Assembly (NCBI GenBank): GCA_963838285.1
Contig: CAWIQP010000004.1
Coordinates: 397,752 to 461,751, forward strand
Direction of reading: 5' to 3'
Length of the DNA stretch: 64,000 nt
From: an uncultured Chloroflexia bacterium
GTDB taxonomy: Bacteria > Chloroflexota > Limnocylindria > Limnocylindrales > CSP1-4
Part shown: piece by piece, positions 12,353-21,678 of the stretch
Layout of the letters: each line of letters begins with the position of its first letter
Numbering within the stretch: the stretch's first letter is position 1
The notes under the pieces: model-generated
The model's input: only the letters and a program-made list of their open reading frames with translations
Told to the model about the DNA's origin: nothing
Databases searched by the model: none
Program-made: the position numbers and the translations under genes

Positions 12353-12550
12353 ATCACATGGCCAACTTGCGGCGGAGCCGGAGTCGTCCCCGCGCTACAC
12401 CGGTCGGAATCTGGCCAAGTTCGGCCGCGCGGCGGAGCCGGAGTCGTCCCCGCGCTACCCGGGCCAGAATCTGGCCAAGTTCGGCCGCGCGGCGGAGCCG
12501 GAGTCGTCCCCGCGCTACACCGGTCGGAATCTGGCCAAGTTCGGCCGCGC
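12353..12550. repeat. minisatellite: about 3.2 copies of a 60-bp unit (MIRU/VNTR-like)
   Basis: Units at 12421-12480 and 12481-12540 are near-identical. Copy 1 and copy 3 are identical. Copy 2 differs at about 5 positions (acaccggtcgg versus acccgggccag). Confidence 0.9.
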
Positions 12551-12625
12551 CATCCCCTCCCCGCCGCCCGCGCATCCCCGCCCGCCGCCCGCGCCTCGCC
12601 CGCCCGCCGCCGCGCCGCCACGCCG

Positions 12626-12652
12626 CCACGCCACGCCACGCCACGCCACGCC
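12626..12652. repeat. pentanucleotide microsatellite (ccacg)x5 inside a GC-rich low-complexity tract
   Basis: Direct reading of the sequence. Confidence 0.8.
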
Positions 12653-12715
12653 GAAAGCAACGCACCTGGGCCCTCAGCCGTTGTGGATCGCCGCCGGGCG
12701 GCATACCGTTGGCGC

Positions 12716-13348
12716 ATGCCCACGCGCGACAGCGAAACCGACCGGATTCGCAGGATCTACGACCGCAGAGCGGCCACGCCACCGTCCACGCGGCGAGACG
12801 CCAATCTGCGCTGGCTGTGCGGCCAGGCTGAGGGCGAGACCCTGGAAATCGGGATAGGCCGCGGTCGCACGCTGCCGTTCTATCCGCGTGACGTGCGCCT
12901 GACCGGCATAGAGCTGAGCGGCGTGGCGCTCGGGACCGCAAGCCGACTCGCCGCCGACCTGGGCCGCGACGTCATCCTCCACCAGGGCGACGCCGCCGCC
13001 CTGCCCTACCCCGACGACCACTTCGACACAGTGGTCTTCAGCTTCGTCCTGTGCACGATCCCCGACGACCGCCGGGCGGTCGCCGAGGCCGTGAGGGTCC
13101 TTCACCCGGGCGGCCGGCTCCTGCTCGTCGAACACGTCCGCAGCCCCAACCCGATCGTGAGGGCGATCGAACGACTGGCCGACCCGATCACGCGCCGCTG
13201 GGAAGCCGATCACCTGCTGCGGGAACCGCTGTACCACGTCCTCGCCGAGGGAATGGAGATCGAGACGCTGGAGCGTTCGTGGTTCGGCGTGGTCGAGCGG
13301 CTGGCCGCGCGCAAGCCCGAGGCCGACGAGCTCGAACAGGTCGGCTGA
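12716..13348 (+). CDS. class I SAM-dependent methyltransferase (Methyltransf_11/UbiE-like)
   Basis: Motif I LEIGIGRG, post-I acidic residue, HPGGRLLLVEH. 210 aa. Confidence 0.8.
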   Translation: MPTRDSETDRIRRIYDRRAATPPSTRRDANLRWLCGQAEGETLEIGIGRGRTLPFYPRDVRLTGIELSGVALGTASRLAADLGRDVILHQGDAAALPYPDDHFDTVVFSFVLCTIPDDRRAVAEAVRVLHPGGRLLLVEHVRSPNPIVRAIERLADPITRRWEADHLLREPLYHVLAEGMEIETLERSWFGVVERLAARKPEADELEQVG

Positions 13349-13417
13349 GTCCGGACCCCGGAGTACCGGAGCTCGGCCGGCGAGCGCCCGATGTGGAGCG
13401 GTGGCTGGACCGCGACC

Positions 13418-14054
13418 CTACGACCCCGAAGGGGCGGGCGAGGGCGACGCGGGAGCCTCGATCGCGGGAGAGGAGGACGGAGCGTTCGGAACGCCCTGGT
13501 ACTGCGCCGACTGAACCCAGCCGAAAGCGGACATCGGCCAGTAGCGCAGCCACGCCCGCCCGATCACCGTCGACTTCGGTATCGGCCCGAAGACGCGCGA
13601 GTCCTGCAGATTCCTGGCGGTGGTCACCCAGAACGAACAGGTCTCCGGCCGGCACGCGCCAGCTCGACTGCCCGGTCAGCGGCACCGTCGGTTGTCCCTC
13701 GTACACGTAGGGCTCGTCGAGCTTGACGCCATTCACGTATACGGAGTTGTCGTGGATCTCCACCAGGTCCCCGGCCACTCCGATCACACGCTTGATGAAC
13801 GGAATGTTCTGACCGTCCTCGGAGTATCCGGCGGGCGGCTGGAAGACGATGACGTCGCCCCGCTTGTAGTCGCTGAAGATCGGCGAGAGCTTGTCGACCA
13901 GCACGTACTGCCCGGGCTCGAGGGTGTGCTCCATCGACACCTGCAGGATCTGATACGGCTGAGCAACGAAGTGCTGAACCACGAAGAAGATTACGACGGT
14001 GAGAAGAATCGTCTCCACGATTTCGAGGAGGCAGCCGCGCCAGCGTTTGCTCAT
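13418..14054 (-). pseudogene. lepB: signal peptidase I (LepB) with an apparent +1 frameshift near 13628-13640
   Basis: The N-terminal frame has the Ser motif SMEHTL, Lys motif IKRVIGVAGD and LGDHRQ. A second frame (13418..13627) has the C-terminal NLQDSRVFGPIP...IGRAWLRYWP. The total length of 637 nt is not a multiple of 3. Confidence 0.8.
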
Positions 14055-14315
14055 CCGGAAAAGCACCCCTCTGAGGGTCGCGAACCGTGCCGCGAAAAGG
14101 GCCGGGCAAGAGAGTCGCGCCGTATTCCGGGCGCGACCGGCCTAGAAGGTAGCACCTCCGGAGTTATCGGGAGGCGCCACTGGTGTCAGGAGAGGACGGG
14201 CGTTTCGGTGGATGGACGGCCGTGCCGGCGACACGGACCGACGGCGGGGTCCGGCGACATGCGGAAGCGGCGCAGGCGGCGCGCGAAGACGGCGCAACCC
14301 CGCCACAATCCGCTC

Positions 14316-14879
14316 ATGGGTGAGCAGAAGGATCGAATGCTTCGCGGCGAGCTGTTCTGTTACAACGACCCGGAGCTGGAGGCCGGAAAGCACCGCGGAT
14401 CCCGATTGGTCGAGCGGCTCAACAGCACGGGTCGGGACGAGGCCGAGGCCAGGCGGGCAATTCTGGAGGAGCTACTCGGCCACATCGGGGCCGGGGTGGT
14501 GATCGTGAGCCCGTTCTACTGCGAGTACGGCAGCCAGATCACCATCGAGGACGGCGTCTTCATCAACCTCAACGTCATGTTCCTCGACGTCGGCAGGATC
14601 GTGGTCAAGCGCGGCGCGATGATCGGGCCGGGAGTCCAGCTGCTGACGGCGACTCATCCGCTCGACCCCGAAGGCCGGGTCAGGCAAGCACTCGAGATGG
14701 GCAAGCCGATCACCATCGGCGAGGACGCCTGGCTCGGCGGCGGCGTGATCGTGCTGCCGGGCGTGACCGTCGGGGACCGGACCACCGTCGGTGCCGGAAG
14801 CGTGGTGACGAAGGACCTCCCGCCCGACGTCGTCGCGGTGGGAAACCCAGCTCGGGTGGTTCGCGGAATCCGAGACTGA
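14316..14879 (+). CDS. maa: maltose/galactoside O-acetyltransferase (hexapeptide-repeat, Maa/LacA family)
   Basis: The N-terminal EQKDRMLRGELF is the Maa N-terminal domain. Left-handed beta-helix hexapeptide repeats are present. Confidence 0.85.
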   Translation: MGEQKDRMLRGELFCYNDPELEAGKHRGSRLVERLNSTGRDEAEARRAILEELLGHIGAGVVIVSPFYCEYGSQITIEDGVFINLNVMFLDVGRIVVKRGAMIGPGVQLLTATHPLDPEGRVRQALEMGKPITIGEDAWLGGGVIVLPGVTVGDRTTVGAGSVVTKDLPPDVVAVGNPARVVRGIRD

Positions 14880-14880
14880 C

Positions 14881-15432
14881 GTGGACGTGTTCGCGCTGGT
14901 CGGTGTCCCGTTCGCCGTCTTCCTGGCGGCGTTCACATTCGCCGGCTACTCGATCGGCGGCAGCGCGGCGGGTCCAGAGCGCGATCGCCCGTCGCGAAGC
15001 ACGCCCCAGGCCCGAATCCGCCGCGCCGCGCTGCTTGTGATCGCGGCCGCGTTGGCCGTCCTGGGTTCGGCCGCGGCCGCCGCCGCCGGGGCATTCGCCA
15101 GGCTGACGGACCAGGGTTACCCCATCGAGCCCGCCGCGCTGCTCTTCGCGCTCGAAGCAGCCGTCGACCTGGCCCTTCTCCTCGTCGTCGCGCTTCCGGG
15201 CTGGTCGACCCGGCGCGCCTGGGCAATCCGGGCGATCGGCCTGTACTGGCTGTGCGCGGCCGCGCCGATCCTCATCCTCGCCGACGCCGGCTCGGGTTCG
15301 CCTCCGCCCGCAGGTACGGCAAACGACGCGCTCCTGCTGGGCATGGCTCCCATCCTATGGGAGGTGGCCGCCGTTCTCGCTCCCGCGGTTCTGCTCTGGG
15401 TCGCCAGCATCGGGACCGCCGAGACGCCGTAG
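14881..15432 (+). CDS. hypothetical membrane protein
   Basis: GTG start immediately after the maa stop. Four predicted hydrophobic helices. Confidence 0.4.
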   Translation: MDVFALVGVPFAVFLAAFTFAGYSIGGSAAGPERDRPSRSTPQARIRRAALLVIAAALAVLGSAAAAAAGAFARLTDQGYPIEPAALLFALEAAVDLALLLVVALPGWSTRRAWAIRAIGLYWLCAAAPILILADAGSGSPPPAGTANDALLLGMAPILWEVAAVLAPAVLLWVASIGTAETP

Positions 15433-15458
15433 CGACCGGTTCCGGCAGCCGCGACCCG

Positions 15459-15489
15459 CTTGACGTGTGACCGTTGGGTCACCTATTGT
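15459..15489 (+). promoter_or_regulatory. putative promoter (-35 TTGACG, -10 TATTGT) overlapping a 14-bp palindrome TGACCgttgGGTCA, a candidate ArsR operator
   Basis: The palindrome sits between the -35 and -10 elements. The GTG start is about 7 nt after the -10, so the transcript is probably leaderless. Confidence 0.45.
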
Positions 15490-15495
15490 CGGCCC

Positions 15496-16278
15496 GTGGA
15501 CGAGGTCTTCAGGGCACTCGCGGATCCCAACCGCAGGCTGCTGCTGGACAGTCTGTTCGAGCGAGATGGCCAGTCGCTCGTCGAACTCCAGGCGCACCTG
15601 CCGATGACCCGTTTCGGCGTCATGAAGCACCTCCGAGTCCTCGAGGAGGCCGGCCTGGTCACAACGCGCCGGGCCGGTCGCGCGAAGCTCCACTACCTCA
15701 ACCCGGTCCCGATCCGGCTCGTCCACGACCGCTGGATCAGCCGCTATTCCGAGCCGATCGTCGCGCAGCTCAGCGCGTTGAAGGCTCGCCTGGAGGAGCC
15801 ACCGATGGGCGTCCCGCCCCGACATGTCTACGAGATCTACATCAAGACCACTCCCGAGCGACTGTGGCGGGCGATCACCGACCCGGCCGACACGCGCCTC
15901 TACTACTACGGCACCGAGGTCCAATCCGACTGGAAGGTCGGATCACGGCTCACCTACCTAGACGGCGGCCAGATCTCGCTCGATTGCAAGATCCTCGAGA
16001 TCGATCCGGCCCGCCGCCTCGTTCACAGCTTCACGATGGCCTACGACCCCGAGATGGCGTCGGAGCGGCCCTCGCGGGTCACCTGGGAGATCGAGCAGCT
16101 CGGCGACAGTTGCCGCCTGACTCTGGTCCACGACGAGTTCGACGGCGAGACGAAGACGTTCCGCGAGGTCGAGCACGGCTGGTCGCAGATCCTGTCTGGC
16201 CTCAAGACGCTCCTCGAGACGGGCCGGCCGCTCGTCGTCGGGGAGCGCGACGCGGAGCATGTCGAGACGCCCGCCTGA
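15496..16278 (+). CDS. ArsR-family transcriptional regulator fused to an SRPBCC/AHSA1-like domain
   Basis: N-terminal ALADPNRRLLLDSL...LPMTRFGVMKHLRVLEEAGLV is an ArsR HTH. The C-terminal ~160 aa match the activator-of-Hsp90-ATPase-like SRPBCC fold. Confidence 0.75.
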   Translation: MDEVFRALADPNRRLLLDSLFERDGQSLVELQAHLPMTRFGVMKHLRVLEEAGLVTTRRAGRAKLHYLNPVPIRLVHDRWISRYSEPIVAQLSALKARLEEPPMGVPPRHVYEIYIKTTPERLWRAITDPADTRLYYYGTEVQSDWKVGSRLTYLDGGQISLDCKILEIDPARRLVHSFTMAYDPEMASERPSRVTWEIEQLGDSCRLTLVHDEFDGETKTFREVEHGWSQILSGLKTLLETGRPLVVGERDAEHVETPA

Positions 16279-16483
16279 TCGACCGCCCACCCAACCCACA
16301 CGCGAGCCGGGGGCGACCGCCGCCTCCGGCTCGTTCGTACTCACCGGCGCCTCTGCACGGCTCGCCGCGCCGACGGTGCCAGGCCGCCCCACGGTCCTCG
16401 TGTCGTGGGGCCAAGCCGGGGGCGCCCCCAGGCTGTATCGTCTGGGAGTGAGCACCGTCGTCGAGTTCCGCGGTTCGTTTCGC

Positions 16484-16669
16484 ATGATGGAGAGCGACGG
16501 AGATCGCCTGCGGCGCGCCGGCAAGGGCACGTGGTACGACCGCTGCGGCGCCATCGCGACGACCGAGCACAACAACCCCAAGTGCGAGACCTGCGCCCGC
16601 GGCGGCAATTGCGGTCTCGACTGCACGCTGAGCCGGCTGGTGTGCCCCGGGTGCGGCGCCACAGCCTGA
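16484..16669 (+). CDS. small Cys-rich protein (61 aa, 7 Cys, two CxxC knuckles), zinc-ribbon/rubredoxin-like
   Basis: CETC...CPGCG motifs. The stop is 12 nt before the aldH TTG start, suggesting translational coupling. Low confidence that it is expressed. Confidence 0.35.
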   Translation: MMESDGDRLRRAGKGTWYDRCGAIATTEHNNPKCETCARGGNCGLDCTLSRLVCPGCGATA

Positions 16670-16680
16670 GACGCCGAAAC

Positions 16681-18127
16681 TTGGCCGCTTCCCCCGAAAC
16701 CGACCCGCACCGGATATTCCTGGCCGGCCGATGGGTCGAATCTCCGGACCGCCTCGTCGTGACGAACCCGGCCAGACCGGACGAACCGGCCGGCGCCACG
16801 TACTACGCCACGGCCGAGCAGTACGAGGAGGCCGTGGCCGCGGCGGTGGCGGCGTTCGAGACGACCCGCAAGATGCCCGCCTTCGAGAGGAGCGCGGCGC
16901 TCCGAGCCATCGCTGCCGCCATCGCATCGCGGCGCGAGGAGATCGGTCGACTGATCGCGACCGAGTCGGGCAAGCCCGTTCGCGACGCCTTGGGCGAGGT
17001 CGACCGGGCCGCGCTCACCTTCAGGATCGGGGCCGAGGAGGCCGAACGCATCGGCGGCGAGGTGATCCCGCTCGACCTGAACCCCGCATCCCGAAACCGG
17101 ACCGGCATCACCCGCCGCTTTCCGATCGGCCCCATCGCGGCCGTCAGCCCGTTCAACTTCCCGCTGAACCTGGCCGCTCACAAGCTGGCGCCGGCGATCG
17201 CTTCGGGCAATCCGATCGTGCTGAAGCCGCCGTCCAAGGACCCGCTGACGATGCTGACCGTGGCGGAGTCCATCGCCGAAGCGGGCCTTCCGCCCGGAGC
17301 GGTGAGCATCCTGCCGATGACTCGCGAGCTCGGCGACCGGATGGTCTCGGACGATCGCTTCAAGCTGCTGACGTTCACCGGCAGCCCCGCCGTGGGCTGG
17401 AAGATGAAGGAGCGGGCCGGGAAGAAGAAGGTCGTGCTCGAACTGGGCGGCAACGCCGGCGTCGTCGTCGATCGTTCCGCCGACCTCGACTGGGCGGCCC
17501 GGCGCATCCTCGTCGGCGCCTTCAGCTACGCCGGCCAGGTCTGCATCAGCGTCCAGCGCCTGTTCGTCCACGAGGCCGTGTGGGACGAGTTCATGGGCCG
17601 CTTCGTCGACGGCGCGCGGAGGCTTCGTCTCGGCGACCCGCTCGACCCGCGGACCGACGTCGGCCCCATGGTCGACCCCGCCGCCGCCGAACGCACCCGG
17701 GAGTGGGTGGACGAGGCCCGCTCGATGGGCGGGCAAGGTGCTCCTGGGGGGAACGGCCGACGGCTCGTACTTCCCGCCGACGGTACTAACCCACGTGCCC
17801 GCCTCGGCGCGGATCTGCCGCGAGGAAGCCTTCGCCCCGGTCGTGGTCGCGTTCCCCGTCCGCGAGTTCTCCGACGCGCTGCGCGGCGTGAACGACAGCC
17901 GCTTCGGCCTCCAGGCGGGCGTCTTCACCAACGATCTCGCGCATGCCTGGTCCGCGTTCGAGGACCTGGAAGTCGGCGGAGTCATCGTCAACGACGTGCC
18001 CACGTACCGCATCGACCACATGCCCTACGGCGGTTCCAAGGACTCCGGCATGGGTCGCGAAGGCGTCCGGTACGCCATCGAGGACATGACGGAGCTTCGG
18101 ATCATGGTGATGGCCGCTCCGGCGTAG
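16681..18127 (+). pseudogene. NAD(P)-dependent aldehyde dehydrogenase with an apparent +1 frameshift at ~17731-17737
   Basis: Frame A carries the ALDH motifs FTGSPAVG, ELGGNAG and catalytic Cys AGQVCIS up to ...EARSMGG. Frame B (17738..) continues VLLGGTADGSYFPPTVL...EEAFAPV. The length of 1447 nt is not a multiple of 3. Confidence 0.8.
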
Positions 18128-18196
18128 CGGGGGCCGGCTCCGGCCGGGTCGGCCACTCGGCCGCGTGGCCGCGCCGGAGCCGCTACAGTCCCGCAC

Positions 18197-19228
18197 ATGG
18201 AAATCGGCCTCGCCGTCGGCGGCAGTCTCCAGGATGTGGCGACCCTGGCCGGTCGGGCCGAGGCGGCCGGGCTGGAGTCGATCTGGCTGGCCGAGCTCGA
18301 CCGTTCGGCCTTCGTCCAGGCCGCCGCCGCAATCTCCGCCACGTCGCACGTCGGCGTCGGGACGGCGGTTGCGCTGGCCTTCCCCCGCTCCCCCACCGTC
18401 ACGGCCATGACCGCGTGGGACCTGGACGAGATGTCCGGCGACCGTTTCATGCTGGGCCTCGGGCCGCAGGTCAAGCGGGTCATGGAGGCCCGCTTCTCGG
18501 TCCGAGTGGAGAAGCCGGCGGCGCAGATGCGCGAGTACGTGAAGGCGGTGCGGACCGTCTGGGCCGCCAACCGGGGCGAGCCCGTCGTGCACGAGGGAGA
18601 GGCATATCGGATCACGATGCCCACGTTCCACGGCCCGCTCAGGCCCGAGCGGCGCGACACTCCGATCCTGATCGCGGGCGTCGGCCCGGTGATGTCGCGC
18701 GTCTGCGGCGAAGTCGCCGACGGGCTGCTGGGCCACCCGCTGGCGTCGCCGCGCTACCTGCGCGAGGCGGTGGCGCCGGAGATCGCCGCCGGCCTGGAGC
18801 GCGCGGGCCGTCCGCGCGGCGCGTGCCCGATCACCGCGATGGCTCTCGTCTCGATCGGCGACGACGCCGACGCGGCCAGGCGCGCCGCGCGGCTCCAGAT
18901 CGCGTTCTACGCGACGACTCCCTCGTACAAGCCGATCCTGGAGATGCACGGCAGAGGAGCGCTGCCCAGGGATCTGCGCCGCGCATTCGTGAACCGTGAC
19001 AGGGATCGCATGGCCGATCTCATCGACGACGAGCTCCTGGACTCGATAGCAATCGCGGGCCGTCCCGACGAGGCCCCCGATCGGCTCCGCTCGTGGGAGG
19101 ACGTCGCCGATCGCGTCGTCCTGGGCATACCCTGGTACGGAATGGACGCCGGCCGTCAGGGGGACGCCATCTCGGCGGCGCTGGACCTGGGTTCTCGAGT
19201 GATCGCGGCGAACGCCGCCGCCACCTGA
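18197..19228 (+). CDS. luciferase-like (LLM-class) F420-dependent oxidoreductase
   Basis: TIM-barrel LLM family signature: ESIWLAELDR, LGLGPQ, AGVGP. Confidence 0.8.
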   Translation: MEIGLAVGGSLQDVATLAGRAEAAGLESIWLAELDRSAFVQAAAAISATSHVGVGTAVALAFPRSPTVTAMTAWDLDEMSGDRFMLGLGPQVKRVMEARFSVRVEKPAAQMREYVKAVRTVWAANRGEPVVHEGEAYRITMPTFHGPLRPERRDTPILIAGVGPVMSRVCGEVADGLLGHPLASPRYLREAVAPEIAAGLERAGRPRGACPITAMALVSIGDDADAARRAARLQIAFYATTPSYKPILEMHGRGALPRDLRRAFVNRDRDRMADLIDDELLDSIAIAGRPDEAPDRLRSWEDVADRVVLGIPWYGMDAGRQGDAISAALDLGSRVIAANAAAT

Positions 19229-19252
19229 GGGGCCGTCGACGACGTAAGCCGA

Positions 19253-21580
19253 TCAGCTGTTGAGGCGCAGCGTCATCTCCACCGTCGCTTCGGGCGACGC
19301 CGGCAGGACCAGGCTGCCTTCCGCCGTCGTCTCGACCCTGCCGCCGCGCACCGACTCGACCGTCTCGCCGACGAGGAGCAGGCGCCAGCCCGCAGCGGCC
19401 GCCCCGGGCGTCAGCGTGACCTGCTCGCCTTTGCGGCGAAGCTCGAAGGCGGATCCCGGCCGCCCGTCCTGTGACGGAACCGCCACCTTCACGCAGGCGC
19501 CGTCCTCGATGGCGTAGGCCCTCAGAGTCACACCTCGCGGATAGTCGTAGTCCGCCCTGGAGTCGCACTCTCCCATCGGAAGGACCGTATTCGGGCGGAC
19601 GAGCAGGGGCAGGCTGGAATACGGATGGCGCTCCTGGCGCCAGGCCGGCCCCTCGACGACCTCGCCGCTCAGGAGCTTCGTCCATTTGCCGGCCGGAACG
19701 TAGTACGTGACGTCGCCGGACTCCGTGAAAACCGGGGCCACGAGGAGGCGCTCACCGAGCATGTACTGGGAGTCCAGGTACGAGCACCCCGGGTCGTCCG
19801 GGAACTCGAGGCACATGGCCCTCATCGCCGGGACGCCCCGTTCGCTGGCCTCGACCGCCGCCCCGTACAGGTACGGCATGAGGCGATTCTTGAGCTTCGT
19901 GAACGAGCGCATGACGTCGACGGCCTCGTCGTCGAACAGCCACGGCACGCGATACGACTCGTTGGCGTGGAGCCGGCTGTGCGAAGACAGAAGCCCGAAG
20001 GCGAGCCATCGCTTGAAGACCGAAGCCGGAGGCGTTCCCTCGAACCCGCCGATGTCGTGGCTCCAGAAGCCGAAGCCCGAAAGCCCGAGCGAGAGTCCGC
20101 CTCGCAGACTCTCGGCCATCGATTCGAACGTGGACGTGCAATCCCCGCCCCAATGAACCGGGAACCGCTGAGTGCCGGCGGTGGCGGAGCGGGCGAAGAC
20201 GACCGCCTCTCCCTTGCCTCGCCGCTTCTCCAGCAGCTCGAACACGGTCCGGTTGTAGAGGTACGGGTAGAAGTTGTGCATCCGCTCGGGATCGGAGCCG
20301 TCGAAGTAGGCGACGTCGGTGGGAATGCGCTCGCCGAAGTCCGTCTTGAAGCAGTCGACGCCCATGTCGAGGAGCGGTTCGAGCTTGCTCGCGAACCAGG
20401 TGCGCGCCTCCGGGTTCGTGAAATCCACGAGGCCCATGCCGGGCTGCCAGCGGTCCCACTGCCACACGTCGCCGTTTGGTCTCTTCAGCAGGTAGCCCCG
20501 GTCGCGTCCCTCGGCGAACAGCGGCGAGCGCTGCGCGACGTACGGATTGATCCAGAGGCACACCCGCAGCCCGTCCGCCTTCAGCTGCTCGAGCATGCCC
20601 GGCGGATCGGGGAACTGACGCGTGTCCCACTCGAAGTCGCACCAGTTGAACTCGCGCATCCAGAAGCAATCGAAGTGGAAGACGCTCATGGGGAGGTCGC
20701 GTTCGGCCATCCCCCGGATGAAGCTCGTGACTGTCGGCTCGTCGTAGACCGTCGTGAAGGACGTGCTGAGCCACAGCCCGAACGACCAAGCCGGCGGGAG
20801 AGCGGGCCGGCCCGTCAAGGCCGTGTACTTCTCGAGTATCTCCTTGGGACTCGGTCCGTAGATGACGAAGTACTCGAGAGACTGGCCCTCGACGCTGAAC
20901 TGGACGCGCGACACGGTCTCCGAGGCGACCTCGAACGAGACGCGGCCGGGGTGGTTGACGAAGATGCCGTAGCCGCGGTTGGTCAGGTAGAACGGGATGT
21001 TCTTGTAGGCCTGCTCGCTGCTCGTCCCGCCGTCCTCGTTCCAGATGTCGACGGACTGACCGTTCTTCACGAACGGCCCGAATCGCTCGCCCAGCCCGTA
21101 CACGCACTCGCCCACGCCCAGGCCGATCTGGTCGAACAGGAAGTGGCGGCCGGCTTCGGTATCGACGATGCCGATGCCGTTGTGTTCGCTCGAGGTGAGA
21201 ACTCGACCGTCCGCCTCGTAGTCGATGCGCCACTCCTCGTCCCGGCTCACGCGAACGCTCAGCTTGCCCGCGCTGAGCTGGAGGGCTTCGTTCGTGACCG
21301 ACAGGGCCACCGGGCCGGGAGCGATCTCGAGCGGGAACTCGGGCCTTCGCGGGACCTCGCCTTCGAAATGCGTGAGGCGGACTCCGACGACGTCCGGCAT
21401 CGGCGAGCTCAACCGGATGGTCACGAGCGGGCCGCCGAGCGTGTGACCGCGGTGCTCGATCTTCCGGGTCGGCGCGTAGATGGTCAGCGCTCCGGTCGAC
21501 TCGGCAGCGTCGTACGCCTCGACCGGGTGCCAGACCGTGAGTCCGGGACGCATCTGCCAGTAGCCGTCGGAGAACTTCAT
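19253..21580 (-). CDS. glycoside hydrolase family 31 alpha-xylosidase/alpha-glucosidase (YicI-like)
   Basis: GH31 catalytic region WINPYV...KTDFGE (nucleophile Asp) and HWGGD...SHDIGGF (acid/base). Confidence 0.9.
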   Translation of the reverse strand: MKFSDGYWQMRPGLTVWHPVEAYDAAESTGALTIYAPTRKIEHRGHTLGGPLVTIRLSSPMPDVVGVRLTHFEGEVPRRPEFPLEIAPGPVALSVTNEALQLSAGKLSVRVSRDEEWRIDYEADGRVLTSSEHNGIGIVDTEAGRHFLFDQIGLGVGECVYGLGERFGPFVKNGQSVDIWNEDGGTSSEQAYKNIPFYLTNRGYGIFVNHPGRVSFEVASETVSRVQFSVEGQSLEYFVIYGPSPKEILEKYTALTGRPALPPAWSFGLWLSTSFTTVYDEPTVTSFIRGMAERDLPMSVFHFDCFWMREFNWCDFEWDTRQFPDPPGMLEQLKADGLRVCLWINPYVAQRSPLFAEGRDRGYLLKRPNGDVWQWDRWQPGMGLVDFTNPEARTWFASKLEPLLDMGVDCFKTDFGERIPTDVAYFDGSDPERMHNFYPYLYNRTVFELLEKRRGKGEAVVFARSATAGTQRFPVHWGGDCTSTFESMAESLRGGLSLGLSGFGFWSHDIGGFEGTPPASVFKRWLAFGLLSSHSRLHANESYRVPWLFDDEAVDVMRSFTKLKNRLMPYLYGAAVEASERGVPAMRAMCLEFPDDPGCSYLDSQYMLGERLLVAPVFTESGDVTYYVPAGKWTKLLSGEVVEGPAWRQERHPYSSLPLLVRPNTVLPMGECDSRADYDYPRGVTLRAYAIEDGACVKVAVPSQDGRPGSAFELRRKGEQVTLTPGAAAAGWRLLLVGETVESVRGGRVETTAEGSLVLPASPEATVEMTLRLNS

Positions 21581-21678
21581 AGGCTGTCGGCCGCCTCTCG
21601 CGCGTCGCGCTTCAACTTGCCCTCTGAACCCCGACTGAATGGTATCGAAGACGCGTGCCGAGCACCCGGCGGTCGCGG

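Noticed and set aside
12100-12550. Possible CRISPR array
   Set aside because: The repeats are contiguous with no unique spacers between them. No cas genes are present.
10348-12723. 791-aa ORF on the minus strand
   Set aside because: It is antisense to gltD and runs into the repeat region. The protein is Arg/Ala/Gly-rich low-complexity. It is a typical spurious long ORF in a 70% GC genome.
12289-12831. 180-aa ORF translating the 60-bp repeats (RRSRSRPRAT...)
   Set aside because: It is a translation of tandem DNA repeats. It has no start context, and the repeats are better explained as a VNTR.
16259-16483. Longer 136-aa version of the Cys-rich ORF starting at 16259
   Set aside because: The N-terminal 75 residues are Pro/Arg/Ala low-complexity and overlap the ArsR gene end. 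The ATG-ATG at 16484 is the more plausible start.
15958-18021. 687-aa minus-strand ORF
   Set aside because: It is antisense to the aldehyde dehydrogenase gene.
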